Assembly (NCBI GenBank): GCA_965204745.1
Contig: OZ242010.1
Coordinates: 1,984,001-2,048,000, forward strand
Direction of reading: 5' to 3'
Length of the DNA stretch: 64,000 bases
From: Candidatus Latescibacterota bacterium
GTDB taxonomy: Bacteria; Latescibacterota; UBA2968
This document shows, piece after piece, positions 50,146 to 59,329 of the stretch. Below the pieces are notes generated by a model. It was not told the origin of the DNA. It ran no database searches and was given only the letters and a program-made list of their open reading frames with translations. Made by a program: the position numbers and the translations under genes. The stretch's first letter is position 1; each line of letters opens with the position of its first letter.

Positions 50146-51231
50146 TCACGCCAGATTGTACAATGCCCGTGCGTTTTCGGCCAGGATATTGCGGCGGACG
50201 CCCTTGTCCATGCCGGAGGGCAGGGCCACGTCGGGCGCGTCAAAATCCCAGTGGGGATAATCCGTGGCAAACAGCAACCGGTCGTTCATGTCGAGGTGAT
50301 CCATCATCTCGAAAAAGTAGTCGCGCACAGGGGGTTCTTCCATCGGTTGCGTGCTGATCCAGAAATGATCGCGGATATAGTCCGACGGCAGGCGTTTCAG
50401 TTGCGGCAACTCCACCCTCAACTGCCGGTAACAGCGATCCAGCCGCCACATCAACGCGGGCATCCACGCAAACCCGCCTTCGATCAACACCACCTTCAAC
50501 TCCGGAAAGTGCTCGAACACGCCTTCATACACCAAACTCGTCACCTGCGCCTGAAAGGCCGTGGGCATGCCCCCGTGGTCTTCGATGTAGTGCGACGGCT
50601 TGCCCGCGCCGGTGATCGGCCCTGCGCCCGTGCCGCCAAAGTGAATCGCAATGGGCAATCCCTTTCGCACCGCCGCCTCGTACATCTTCCAGTACTTGCG
50701 CCTGCCCAGGGGTTCCAGCGTACGCACGATGAGCAACACCTGCACAAAGCCGGGGTGATCGCCCACGCGGTCAATTTCTGCGGCGGTCAAATCCCCGTCT
50801 TCGTAGGGCACGATAATGGACCCGCGCAACCGAGGCTCGCGCCTGAGCCACGCGTCGGCTTGCCAATCGTTCACGGCGCGTCCCATCGCCGCGGCATAAG
50901 CCAAATTCTGTTGCCCGCCCACGCCGATCAAAGGCGTCAGGATGCCGTAATCCATGTCCCACTCGTCCAACAATTGTGCGCGCAAAAACGCCAAATCAGA
51001 CCCAGGCGGCCCGGATGGGGGCCAGGCGTCGTGGCGCGCGGCATTGGGCACGGCGCGCGGATACGCGGATCCCATTCGCCCATGCCCGCCAATGGTTCGG
51101 TGATACTCGTGCCATGTATTCGGCAGATATCGAAACCACACATCACCCGATTTCATGGTGACGTGAATATCGCAATCGATCACCGCGGTTCTCCGCCGCG
51201 TCTCGACTTCGGCCATCAGTGTCGCTGCCAT
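50146..51231 (-). CDS. amidohydrolase_2 family protein
   Basis: IDCDIH, IAIH, IEGGFAW, FATDYPHWDFD. Confidence 0.92.
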   Translation of the reverse strand: MAATLMAEVETRRRTAVIDCDIHVTMKSGDVWFRYLPNTWHEYHRTIGGHGRMGSAYPRAVPNAARHDAWPPSGPPGSDLAFLRAQLLDEWDMDYGILTPLIGVGGQQNLAYAAAMGRAVNDWQADAWLRREPRLRGSIIVPYEDGDLTAAEIDRVGDHPGFVQVLLIVRTLEPLGRRKYWKMYEAAVRKGLPIAIHFGGTGAGPITGAGKPSHYIEDHGGMPTAFQAQVTSLVYEGVFEHFPELKVVLIEGGFAWMPALMWRLDRCYRQLRVELPQLKRLPSDYIRDHFWISTQPMEEPPVRDYFFEMMDHLDMNDRLLFATDYPHWDFDAPDVALPSGMDKGVRRNILAENARALYNLA

Positions 51232-51318
51232 GTCGCACCTCCTCGAAATTCACTGCGCGGTTCAATCACAATCGCACAAAAGTATAACGCAACACCGTTC
51301 AAAACGCAACCCCAAGCA

Positions 51319-51347
51319 TTGACAAGCATGCGTTTTTAATATAATCT
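51319..51347 (+). promoter_or_regulatory. sigma70-like promoter upstream of RM locus
   Basis: TTGACA (51319) and TATAAT (51340, 15-nt spacer; alternative TAATCT at 17 nt). Confidence 0.5.
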
Positions 51348-51349
51348 GA

Positions 51350-51592
51350 GGCACGCTGTTCGATACGGATTCGCTGCGGCGCGCCATCGAAGACATTTAC
51401 CGCTATCCCCTGCGTCAAACAGCGGTGGATACGCTGAACCGCCAGTTGCACAGCAGCATCTCTGACGAGGCCCTCGCGCAGTTGGTCATCGCGCTCAGAG
51501 ACGACGACCGGCTTTGCATCAGGCACAAAGAAGACGAACGCCAAGAGTCGCGCATTATCTGCTCTCTGGGCTTGAACGGGGATTCATCATGA
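51350..51592 (+). pseudogene. 3'-terminal remnant of a larger gene (probably the RM-associated helicase)
   Basis: 80 codons GTLFDTDSLRRAIEDIYRYPLRQTAVDTLNRQL...RIICSLGLNGDSS*, in-frame TGA directly upstream, no ATG, stop overlaps the MTase ATG (ATGA). Confidence 0.6.
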
Positions 51593-54500
51593 CGCTTAAC
51601 AGAGACAGAGTCAAACAACACCTGAAGAATTGCGATCTCCAGCCGCTCTTTATTGAGGAACTCGGCTGGGACCACGGCGGATCGGATATCGCAGTCGCAG
51701 GCGAGACTTACGCGCTCGAGGCCATCGCCCATAAGCGCGGTATGGTTGCCTATCAATACGTGGCGGATTCGGCCGGGGCCTTGCCCGACTATCCGACGCG
51801 GCAGAAGATCGAGCGGGATGTCGGCAAGACGGTGCGCGAACACCTCATCATCTACGCCGATGCTGACGCGCAGTACTGGCACTGGGTCAAGCGCGAGCCG
51901 GGGTGGCCGGATCGGTCTCGACACCATATTTATCGCCAGGGGCAAGCGGGCGAATCCCTGATTCAAAAATTGGAGCAAATCATGGTCGCGCTGGAGGAAG
52001 AGGAAGATCTCACCCTTGTCGATGTGACGAGCCGAGTGCGTGCGGCTTTCGATGTGGAGAAAGTCACCAAGCGATTCTATGACCGCTTCAAGAAAGAGCA
52101 CAGCGCGTTTCTGACTTTTATCGAGGGGATCGAGAACGCAACCGACCGCGAGTGGTACGCCTCGCTGATGCTGAACCGAATGATGTTCATTTACTTCATC
52201 CAAAAGCGGGGTTTTCTCGACGGAAATCCGGATTATCTGCGCGACCGGTTGGAACGGGTGCGCCAGCAACAGGGCGAGGGCAACTTTCTCGGTTTCTACC
52301 GGCTGTTCCTGTTGCGGCTGTTTCACGAGGGCCTGGGTCAACCCGAAGCCGACCGTGCGCCCGAATTGGCGGCCCTGCTCGGCAAAGTCCCGTATCTCAA
52401 TGGCGGCTTGTTCGAGGTGCATGATCTGGAGCGGGCCAACCCGCAGATTCACATTCCCGACGAGGCGTTTGAACAAATTTTCGCGTTTTTCGACGCGTAC
52501 CAATGGCATCTCGACGACCGCCCGCTCCGCAACGACAACGAGATCAACCCCGACGTGCTCGGGTACATTTTCGAGAAGTACATCAACCAGAAGCAGATGG
52601 GGGCTTACTATACGAAAGAGGACATCACCGGCTACATCAGCCGCAATACCATCATCCCATTTTTGTTCGACCGGGCGAAAAAGGCATGCGCCATCGCGTT
52701 CGCGCCAAAGGGCTGGGTGTGGCGGTTGCTGTCGGACGACCCGGATCGGTATTTCCACGAAGCGGTGCGCCACGGCATCACCTACGACATGGACAACAAA
52801 GTGGAACTCGCCGAAAAACGCGACCTGCCGAATGAGATCGCCGCTGGTCTGGACGACGTCGCCAAGCGCGATGGCTGGAACCAAGCGGCCCCACCGGAGT
52901 ATGCCCTGCCGACTGAAACGTGGCGCGAGCACATTGCCCGTCGCCAACGCTATGAGGACATCCACGCCAAACTCGCCGCCGGTGAAATCGCGTCGATCAA
53001 CGACCTGATCACGTACAATTTGGACATCGAGCGATTCGCCCAAGACGTCATCGCGAGCAGCGAGGGGCCGGAACTGATCCGCGCTTTTTGGAAGGCGATC
53101 AATGCGGTATCTGTCCTCGATCCGACCTGCGGCTCGGGCGCGTTCTTGTTCGCCGCGCTCAACATTTTGGAGCCGCTCTACGTCGCCTGCTTGGAGGCCA
53201 TGCGCGGGTTCTTGGACGACTTGGAGAGATCGCACCACAAGCACCGTCCCGAGAGACTGCGCGATTTTCGCCAAGTGTTGCAACGGGTTGATGAGCACGC
53301 CAGCGAACGCTATTTCATCCTCAAGTCGATCATCATCGACAATCTTTACGGCGTGGATATCATGGAGGAGGCGGTGGAAATCTGCAAACTGCGCCTGTTC
53401 CTCAAACTCGTCGCGCAGTTGGCTACTTACGAGCAGATCGAGCCGTTGCCCGACATCGACTTCAACATCCGCGCCGGGAACACGCTCGTCGGCTTCACGT
53501 CGCTCGCGCAAGTGAAGGAAGCATTGAGCAGCGACCTGATCAAGCGACTGTCGCTTCCCCAGATTGAGGAAAGCGCCGAGATCGCGGACCGGGCGTTTCG
53601 GCAGTTCCGCACCATGCAGACCCAACACGGCTTGGACGCCAGCGCGTTCACCAGCGCGAAGTCGCAACTGCGAAAACGCCTCACCGATCTGCGCGATGAG
53701 TTGGACGAGTACTTGGCCGGCGAATACGGCGTCAAGCCCAGCGACGGAACAGCATATCAACACTGGCGCGACAGGCACCAGCCGTTTCACTGGTTCGTGG
53801 AGTTCTACGGCATCATGCACAAAGGTGGGTTTGACGTGATCATCGGCAACCCGCCGTATGTCTCGTCCAGAAAAGTGCGGAAATTTTATGCTGTGAAGAA
53901 CTCGGTCTGCGATAAATGCCCTGACATTTATGCTTGGGTATTAGAGCGTAGCCAGGCTTTACTCCGGATGCGTGGTCGAACCGGCATGATCGTACCGCTC
54001 AGTCTCGGCTTCAGTTCCGCTTTTGATTCATGCCGCCGCCTTCTATTTTCGGGATACAGCGACAACTGGTTTTCATCCTTTGGTCGCATTCCGTCCGCTT
54101 TGTTCAGTTTTAATGTGCGGGTGCGAAACACCATTCACCTCGCGCTCAAGTCAAAAGGACCGACAAGCACTCTGACGACGCGATTGCACCGCTGGTTCCG
54201 TGCTGCACGTCCGACACTCTTTCAAGAACTGGAATACGTACCATTTCAACCAGAGGTTTGGAAATATAGGATACCAAAACTGAACAGTGCCGCGCTTGCT
54301 AAGGCTTTCGAGCGACTTCTCGCTTCACAGAAACACACGCTTGAAGCCGCAATTTCGCCCCGTGTGAAAGAGCACGTATTACATTTTAAGAAAACGGCTT
54401 ACAACTGGCTAAATTACTGTCGTGAGATGCCACCTTGTTACAACGACAAAGGACAACCCATTCCACATACGAAGTTCGGTCAGCTATATTTTGAAAATTT

Positions 54501-54891
54501 CGAAACGTGCCAACTTGCGATGTTGCTTGCAAATGGAAAGATCATGCTGACTTTTTGGTTTGTCATTGGTGACGACTTCGACGTGACGCGCCGGGTCTTT
54601 GCCGATTTTCCAGTTGACTTCAAGCGGTTCCCCAGAGAACGGACATTTGATCTTCTCGAAGTCGTTCCATCATTGGAATCCGCAATGGCACAGGCTACCC
54701 AATTCAAATTGAATGCCACCAAAATGGTCGGCAACTACAATCTTGCTAAGTGTCGAAAGATTACTGATTTAAGCGATAAAATTTTTTGTCGAGCACTGGA
54801 AATAGAAGATGTGTGGGAAGATATTGAGCTTTATTGTGCCCAAACAGTACGAACGGATTTTCATTCAGATGACGAGGAGAATAAGGGATGA
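51589..54891 (+). CDS. Eco57I-like N6-adenine DNA methyltransferase (type IIG-like RM subunit)
   Basis: YLNGGLF, GAYYT, VLDPTCGSGAFL, LYGVDI, FDVIIGNPPY; C-terminal TRD. Confidence 0.92.
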   Translation: MTLNRDRVKQHLKNCDLQPLFIEELGWDHGGSDIAVAGETYALEAIAHKRGMVAYQYVADSAGALPDYPTRQKIERDVGKTVREHLIIYADADAQYWHWVKREPGWPDRSRHHIYRQGQAGESLIQKLEQIMVALEEEEDLTLVDVTSRVRAAFDVEKVTKRFYDRFKKEHSAFLTFIEGIENATDREWYASLMLNRMMFIYFIQKRGFLDGNPDYLRDRLERVRQQQGEGNFLGFYRLFLLRLFHEGLGQPEADRAPELAALLGKVPYLNGGLFEVHDLERANPQIHIPDEAFEQIFAFFDAYQWHLDDRPLRNDNEINPDVLGYIFEKYINQKQMGAYYTKEDITGYISRNTIIPFLFDRAKKACAIAFAPKGWVWRLLSDDPDRYFHEAVRHGITYDMDNKVELAEKRDLPNEIAAGLDDVAKRDGWNQAAPPEYALPTETWREHIARRQRYEDIHAKLAAGEIASINDLITYNLDIERFAQDVIASSEGPELIRAFWKAINAVSVLDPTCGSGAFLFAALNILEPLYVACLEAMRGFLDDLERSHHKHRPERLRDFRQVLQRVDEHASERYFILKSIIIDNLYGVDIMEEAVEICKLRLFLKLVAQLATYEQIEPLPDIDFNIRAGNTLVGFTSLAQVKEALSSDLIKRLSLPQIEESAEIADRAFRQFRTMQTQHGLDASAFTSAKSQLRKRLTDLRDELDEYLAGEYGVKPSDGTAYQHWRDRHQPFHWFVEFYGIMHKGGFDVIIGNPPYVSSRKVRKFYAVKNSVCDKCPDIYAWVLERSQALLRMRGRTGMIVPLSLGFSSAFDSCRRLLFSGYSDNWFSSFGRIPSALFSFNVRVRNTIHLALKSKGPTSTLTTRLHRWFRAARPTLFQELEYVPFQPEVWKYRIPKLNSAALAKAFERLLASQKHTLEAAISPRVKEHVLHFKKTAYNWLNYCREMPPCYNDKGQPIPHTKFGQLYFENFETCQLAMLLANGKIMLTFWFVIGDDFDVTRRVFADFPVDFKRFPRERTFDLLEVVPSLESAMAQATQFKLNATKMVGNYNLAKCRKITDLSDKIFCRALEIEDVWEDIELYCAQTVRTDFHSDDEENKG

Positions 54892-56012
54892 GCGTTGAAC
54901 ACAACTTCATGGCCCATGAAGTATCCTCGACCCTGCTTCACCAGTTGAGAAGTGGCGAAGCTACCGCGTGGGCTACGCCAAGGTTATCGACAAAATCGAC
55001 GCTTTGGCAAGGGATCGCAGACTGGCCAAGGCCCGACATTGCGTTTGAGGATAGTACGAATAACTCGTCGTTCGCCATAGAGTTCAAACCACCCAACCAA
55101 GTAAAGCGCGAATATGTAACGGGCCTTGGCCAAGCAATCACGTATCTTAGCGATTTTGAGTTCTCCGGACTCGTTGTGCCAAAACGCACTGCCGATGGGT
55201 TCGAGATTTCCAAGTATTTGAATAACATTCTCGACCAAGAGCTTGCGACGTTGTCCCTCGCGCTTTTTGAATACGACCAAGATATAAACAACCTCACTGT
55301 CCTGCGGCCGCTAACGCCTCGTGAACCACCTCCCTCACAAGTGCCCAAAGGAATCGGTCGTAAAGTCTTCTGGGGCTATTGGCGCGATTTGTCGAACTAC
55401 GATCTTTTTGAGTTGCTCCGGCTTTCTGACGAGATGGATGGTCAGGGTTTTGATAAAATTTTCCAGCGTTTCTGGACCGGATTTGCTACCAAAGGTACTG
55501 CCTTGACGTGGGAAGGAAAAACTCGAAAGGCAAAAATGCCGGACGCCAAAAGTTTCGGAGCAGAACGTCTGAACGCTCAACTGGCTATGCGCCATTCAGG
55601 ACTTTTGTCAGTGGACGGACGGCTGACAGCATCTGGTCATGATTTGCTTCGCATCGGAAAAATCTACTCTCCTGATAGTGTCGCTTTCTTGGAGATGCTT
55701 ACGTATTACATTTTAACGGACGGGCATCATCTCAATCTCATTTTTTGGATCGATGAGCAAAATCGAGCTATTGATGTTTGTGATAAGAATGACCGAAGCC
55801 GATACTTTGCCGCATTGGATAAGGCACTCGTCGAAATAGGCGTAATTGCACCGCGAAAGCACCACGCCAAGACGCATTTTATTCGCGACGAACCCAAGTT
55901 GTGGAATAAACTTGGACTCTTGGTCCGCGACGGTAATAGAAGGTACTTCCACAAGAGACATGGATTGCTTTTTGATTGGCGAAAAATCATATCTGTCACG
56001 AACAGTAGGTGA
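54888..56012 (+). CDS. putative PD-(D/E)xK restriction endonuclease
   Basis: RPDIAF...AIEFKP...GLGQAITY; ATGA overlap with MTase; low GC. Confidence 0.6.
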   Translation: MSVEHNFMAHEVSSTLLHQLRSGEATAWATPRLSTKSTLWQGIADWPRPDIAFEDSTNNSSFAIEFKPPNQVKREYVTGLGQAITYLSDFEFSGLVVPKRTADGFEISKYLNNILDQELATLSLALFEYDQDINNLTVLRPLTPREPPPSQVPKGIGRKVFWGYWRDLSNYDLFELLRLSDEMDGQGFDKIFQRFWTGFATKGTALTWEGKTRKAKMPDAKSFGAERLNAQLAMRHSGLLSVDGRLTASGHDLLRIGKIYSPDSVAFLEMLTYYILTDGHHLNLIFWIDEQNRAIDVCDKNDRSRYFAALDKALVEIGVIAPRKHHAKTHFIRDEPKLWNKLGLLVRDGNRRYFHKRHGLLFDWRKIISVTNSR

Positions 56013-56127
56013 ACACCCTTGGAGATTTTTGTTTATTTTGTCGATTTTAGTATATTTTCGCCAACTGTTATTTATCCCATGCTAAATGAAGGGCTGACCT
56101 TATTAGGTCAATTCAAGGAGATAAACC

Positions 56128-56313
56128 ATGAGACTCAAGACCTCCCCACAGAGTCAGAAACCATCCTCACCGCCGAGGAGCCGAGTAGTCCAGGACGCGG
56201 TGAAGACAGCCATCCGGTTGTCGAAGGGGGATAAATCGCGCAAATGGGAAGCTGTTGCCCCTCGGGCAATCCCTCGCTGGCCTTCTCCTAAAAACGGCGA
56301 AAGCAGGGCGTAA
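56128..56313 (+). CDS. small basic hypothetical protein
   Basis: AAGGAG RBS 7 nt upstream of ATG; no motif. Confidence 0.35.
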   Translation: MRLKTSPQSQKPSSPPRSRVVQDAVKTAIRLSKGDKSRKWEAVAPRAIPRWPSPKNGESRA

Positions 56314-56338
56314 TTTGTATCTCGCGGCAATTTGACAA

Positions 56339-56433
56339 AACCCCGTCTGGTCTATTCCATGGCGGGGTTTTTACACGGACCAAAAAAACGCGCTCCATTG
56401 ATGTGCGTTTGGGATGGCGTCACAATTTGGTCA
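56339..56433 (+). repeat. ~95-bp direct repeat, copy 1
   Basis: AACCCCGTCTGGTC(T)ATTCCATGGCGGGGTTTTTACACGG...GGATGGCGTCACAATTTGGTCA. Confidence 0.9.
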
Positions 56434-56445
56434 TTTTTGAATGCT

Positions 56446-57105
56446 ATGGATTTTGGGAATCACAGGTTGTTCAGGCCCGACGCTACGGGCTATCCGGCGG
56501 TGTTGCGCCGATGTACGGATGGTGGGCATCCGCCTGTTGTCACAGCGCAGGGCAGTCTCGGCGTATTGGCCGGAACGCTGATCGGGTTCTTTTGCTCTGT
56601 GCGTTGCCCGGGCGACATTATTCTCAAGACTTACGATCTGGCACGCGCACTCCGAAGGGCAGACGCGGGGATCATCGGCGGTTTTCAGGTCGCGATAGAG
56701 AAAGAGTTTTTAGACATTCTGCTACGGGGCACGGCGTCTGTTGTCATTTGCCCGGCGCGAGGGCTTAGTCGCCTGCGAATGCCGAAAAGCTGGCGGGATC
56801 CCCTCACCACGAAACGCATGCTCATCCTGTCCTTTTTTGCGGACCATATCCGTCGCCCAACCGCGGGCATCGCGGCCCGGCGCAATGCGTATGTCGCCAC
56901 ACTAGCTGACCGCATCCTCATCGCCCATGCCGAGCCGGGTAGCAAAACCGAGGGGCTATGCAAAGACGCGCTCGCCGCGGGCAAGCCGGTATTCGCTCTG
57001 GCTTCAGCGGACAACGCCCACCTCGTAGAACTCGGCGCCATCCCCATCCCGGCTGATAACCCCGAAACGCTTCTGTCACGACAAAAAAACGCTACATGTG
57101 GATAA
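56446..57105 (+). CDS. short DprA/SMF-like protein
   Basis: FFCSVRCPG, IIGGFQ..IEKE, VICPAR, RRN.YV..LAD.I.IAHA.PGSKT; start uncertain. Confidence 0.75.
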   Translation: MDFGNHRLFRPDATGYPAVLRRCTDGGHPPVVTAQGSLGVLAGTLIGFFCSVRCPGDIILKTYDLARALRRADAGIIGGFQVAIEKEFLDILLRGTASVVICPARGLSRLRMPKSWRDPLTTKRMLILSFFADHIRRPTAGIAARRNAYVATLADRILIAHAEPGSKTEGLCKDALAAGKPVFALASADNAHLVELGAIPIPADNPETLLSRQKNATCG

Positions 57106-57131
57106 GGAAGGCACCGTGCGCTAGCATACCC

Positions 57132-57225
57132 AACCCCGTCTGGTCATTCCATGGCGGGGTTTTTACACGGAAAAAAAAACGCGCCCCATTGTTGCGCGTT
57201 TTTGGATGGCGTCACAATTTGGTCA
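57132..57225 (+). repeat. ~95-bp direct repeat, copy 2
   Basis: Near-identical to 56339-56433. Confidence 0.9.
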
Positions 57226-57362
57226 ACTATATTTTCAAAATTCCGACATCTTGTCTCGCGCCTTGGACAAGGTGAACTGCCAATTCAAGGATGCGCTTGG
57301 CCTCCCGCTCTTGAATTAGTTTTAAGACAATTTCCGAAACCGCATAGCGAAAGGACAACTTC

Positions 57363-57590
57363 ATGTTTTTGCTGGCAAGTCTGCTCAAAATTTACGGCTA
57401 TATCATCATCGTGCGGGCGATCATCTCTTGGGTGAATCCCAATCCATACAACCCGCTCGTCAGACTGATACACGGCCTCACCGATCCCGTTCTCGAACCC
57501 ATCCGCCGCTTGTTGCCGGACATGGGCGGCTTGGACATTTCGCCCTTTGTCGCTCTTCTCATCATTTGGATTCTCATGTCCCTGATTTAG
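57363..57590 (+). CDS. yggT: YggT family membrane protein
   Basis: IISWVNP.PYNP...LTDPVL.PIRR..P..GGLDISP. Confidence 0.88.
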   Translation: MFLLASLLKIYGYIIIVRAIISWVNPNPYNPLVRLIHGLTDPVLEPIRRLLPDMGGLDISPFVALLIIWILMSLI

Positions 57591-57609
57591 AGGGAAGGAG
57601 ACTTGAACC

Positions 57610-58116
57610 ATGCGCTTTTTCAACACCACGGCCCCCGTGGTGGCTGAAGACCACGACTGCATCCCGCCACTGAAACGGCTGGACCTCGCGGGGATTCGCC
57701 GGCTCATCCGCGAGAAACGTTGCTTTATTTTGCACGCGCCCCGGCAGACGGGCAAGACCTCTGCCCTGTTGGCCCTGCGCGATCTGCTCATAGTCTGGTC
57801 GCAGGGCGAGATGCAAACATTGCTCGCACAACACACCGAGGAGGCTGGGCAGGTGTTCAATCCCGCCGCACTGGAGACGATTTGGACGCAACCCCAAGGC
57901 CAGCCGTGGCTCGTCAATGCGCTGGCGTACGAAGCCTGCTTGCAGACCATTGCCGAGGGTTTGGCGCAGACTGCGGATTACGTGGATCGTTGCGATGCAG
58001 AGGCGGGGCATTTGGCGATCTTTGATCGACGCGAGGACCGGCAGTGGAGAGACGAGATCTTTCAAGGACGCCGTGCGGCGGGCAGTGGGATCGAGATCGA
58101 CGGTTGGGGCATGTGA
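57610..58116 (+). pseudogene. internally deleted P-loop ATPase (MRFFNT.GP / APRQTGKT family)
   Basis: N-terminus, Walker A, GQPWLVN and C-terminal GHL.IFDR...WGM present, but no Walker B; only 168 aa. Confidence 0.7.
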
Positions 58117-59327
58117 TGGAGGCAACAGAACCGCGATCCCCGAGGTCTCGCATCCTCATTCCGGTTTTGCTCACCGGGTTGTCTGGCCTGCCGCCGTTGT
58201 CTATCGACATGTTCTTGCCCTCGATGCCGGCGATGGTCGAGGAGTTCCAAACCCATCCCACCGGTATCCAGCCCGCTGTCACCTCGTTTTTGATGGCTCT
58301 GGGCGCGGCGCAACTCGTGTTTGGCCCGCTGTCTGACCGATTTGGTCGCCGCCCCATTTTGCTCATTGGCTTGGCCTGTTACGCGCTTGCGGGCCTAGGC
58401 TGTTTGTTCGCACCCACGGTGGGCGCGCTCATCGTGGCGCGTGTGGTGCAGGGATTTGCCGGGGGCAGCGGGCCTTCGGTGAGCCGCGCTGTGGTGCGCG
58501 ACATATACGGCAAAGCCCACGCGGCCAGAATGATGGCTTATATGGCGACTGCGATTGCGCTGGCACCCATTCTCGCGCCGGTGATCGGCGGATTTTTGCA
58601 GGCCCATTTTGGATGGCAATCCGTCTTTGTCGTATTGAGTGCTTTGGGCGGGTTGTTTTTTATCGGCTATTTGTGGGCCGTGCCCGAGACCAATCAGATG
58701 ATCGATTCCACGGCCCTCAATCCCGCACGCATGGGCGCGAATTACCGCGACCTCTTGGGCAACCGCCAGTACCTGGGATACACGATGATGGTCGCCATTT
58801 TGTTTTGGGGCATGTTCGCGTTTATCGCCAATTCGTCATTTGTGCTGATTACCGAGTTGGGCGTTTCGCCCCAAGGCTATGGCTTTTGTTTTGGCGCGGT
58901 CGCCGTGGGACTTATGATCGGCGCGTTTTTGTCTGCCCGCCTCGGCGACCGGTTCGGCAGTGCGCGCGTCATTCAGGTCGGTAGCCTGATCGCTGCGGGC
59001 GCGGGTTTGCTGATGATGGGCCTCAAATTGGCCGGGGTATTTTCTGTCTTGAGCATTGTCGCACCGATGTGTTTGTTCACCATAGGCGGCGGGATGGTGC
59101 GTCCGCAAGCGATGGCCGGCGCGATTGTGCCCTATCCGGAAAAAGCCGGGCTCGCGTCTGCGCTGATGGGATTTCTGCAAATGAGCACAGCGGGATTGTT
59201 CGTCACCTTTTTTGGCGAGTTGTTCAGCGCGTCCTCTGTGCCGATGGTCGTCGCCATCGCCAGCGCGGGTATCCTCGCCCTGCTCGTGCGCCGCGTCCTG
59301 TTGCCCTTTCGAGAGGGGAGAAGTTAA
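58116..59327 (+). CDS. Bcr/CflA family MFS efflux transporter
   Basis: SIDMFLPSMP, GPLSDRFGRRP, AVVRDIY, WQSVF, PET. Confidence 0.92.
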   Translation: MEATEPRSPRSRILIPVLLTGLSGLPPLSIDMFLPSMPAMVEEFQTHPTGIQPAVTSFLMALGAAQLVFGPLSDRFGRRPILLIGLACYALAGLGCLFAPTVGALIVARVVQGFAGGSGPSVSRAVVRDIYGKAHAARMMAYMATAIALAPILAPVIGGFLQAHFGWQSVFVVLSALGGLFFIGYLWAVPETNQMIDSTALNPARMGANYRDLLGNRQYLGYTMMVAILFWGMFAFIANSSFVLITELGVSPQGYGFCFGAVAVGLMIGAFLSARLGDRFGSARVIQVGSLIAAGAGLLMMGLKLAGVFSVLSIVAPMCLFTIGGGMVRPQAMAGAIVPYPEKAGLASALMGFLQMSTAGLFVTFFGELFSASSVPMVVAIASAGILALLVRRVLLPFREGRS

Positions 59328-59329
59328 AG

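Noticed and set aside
51415-53820. 801-aa antisense ORF
   Set aside because: Mirror frame of the GC-rich part of the methyltransferase; no motifs; ends where GC drops
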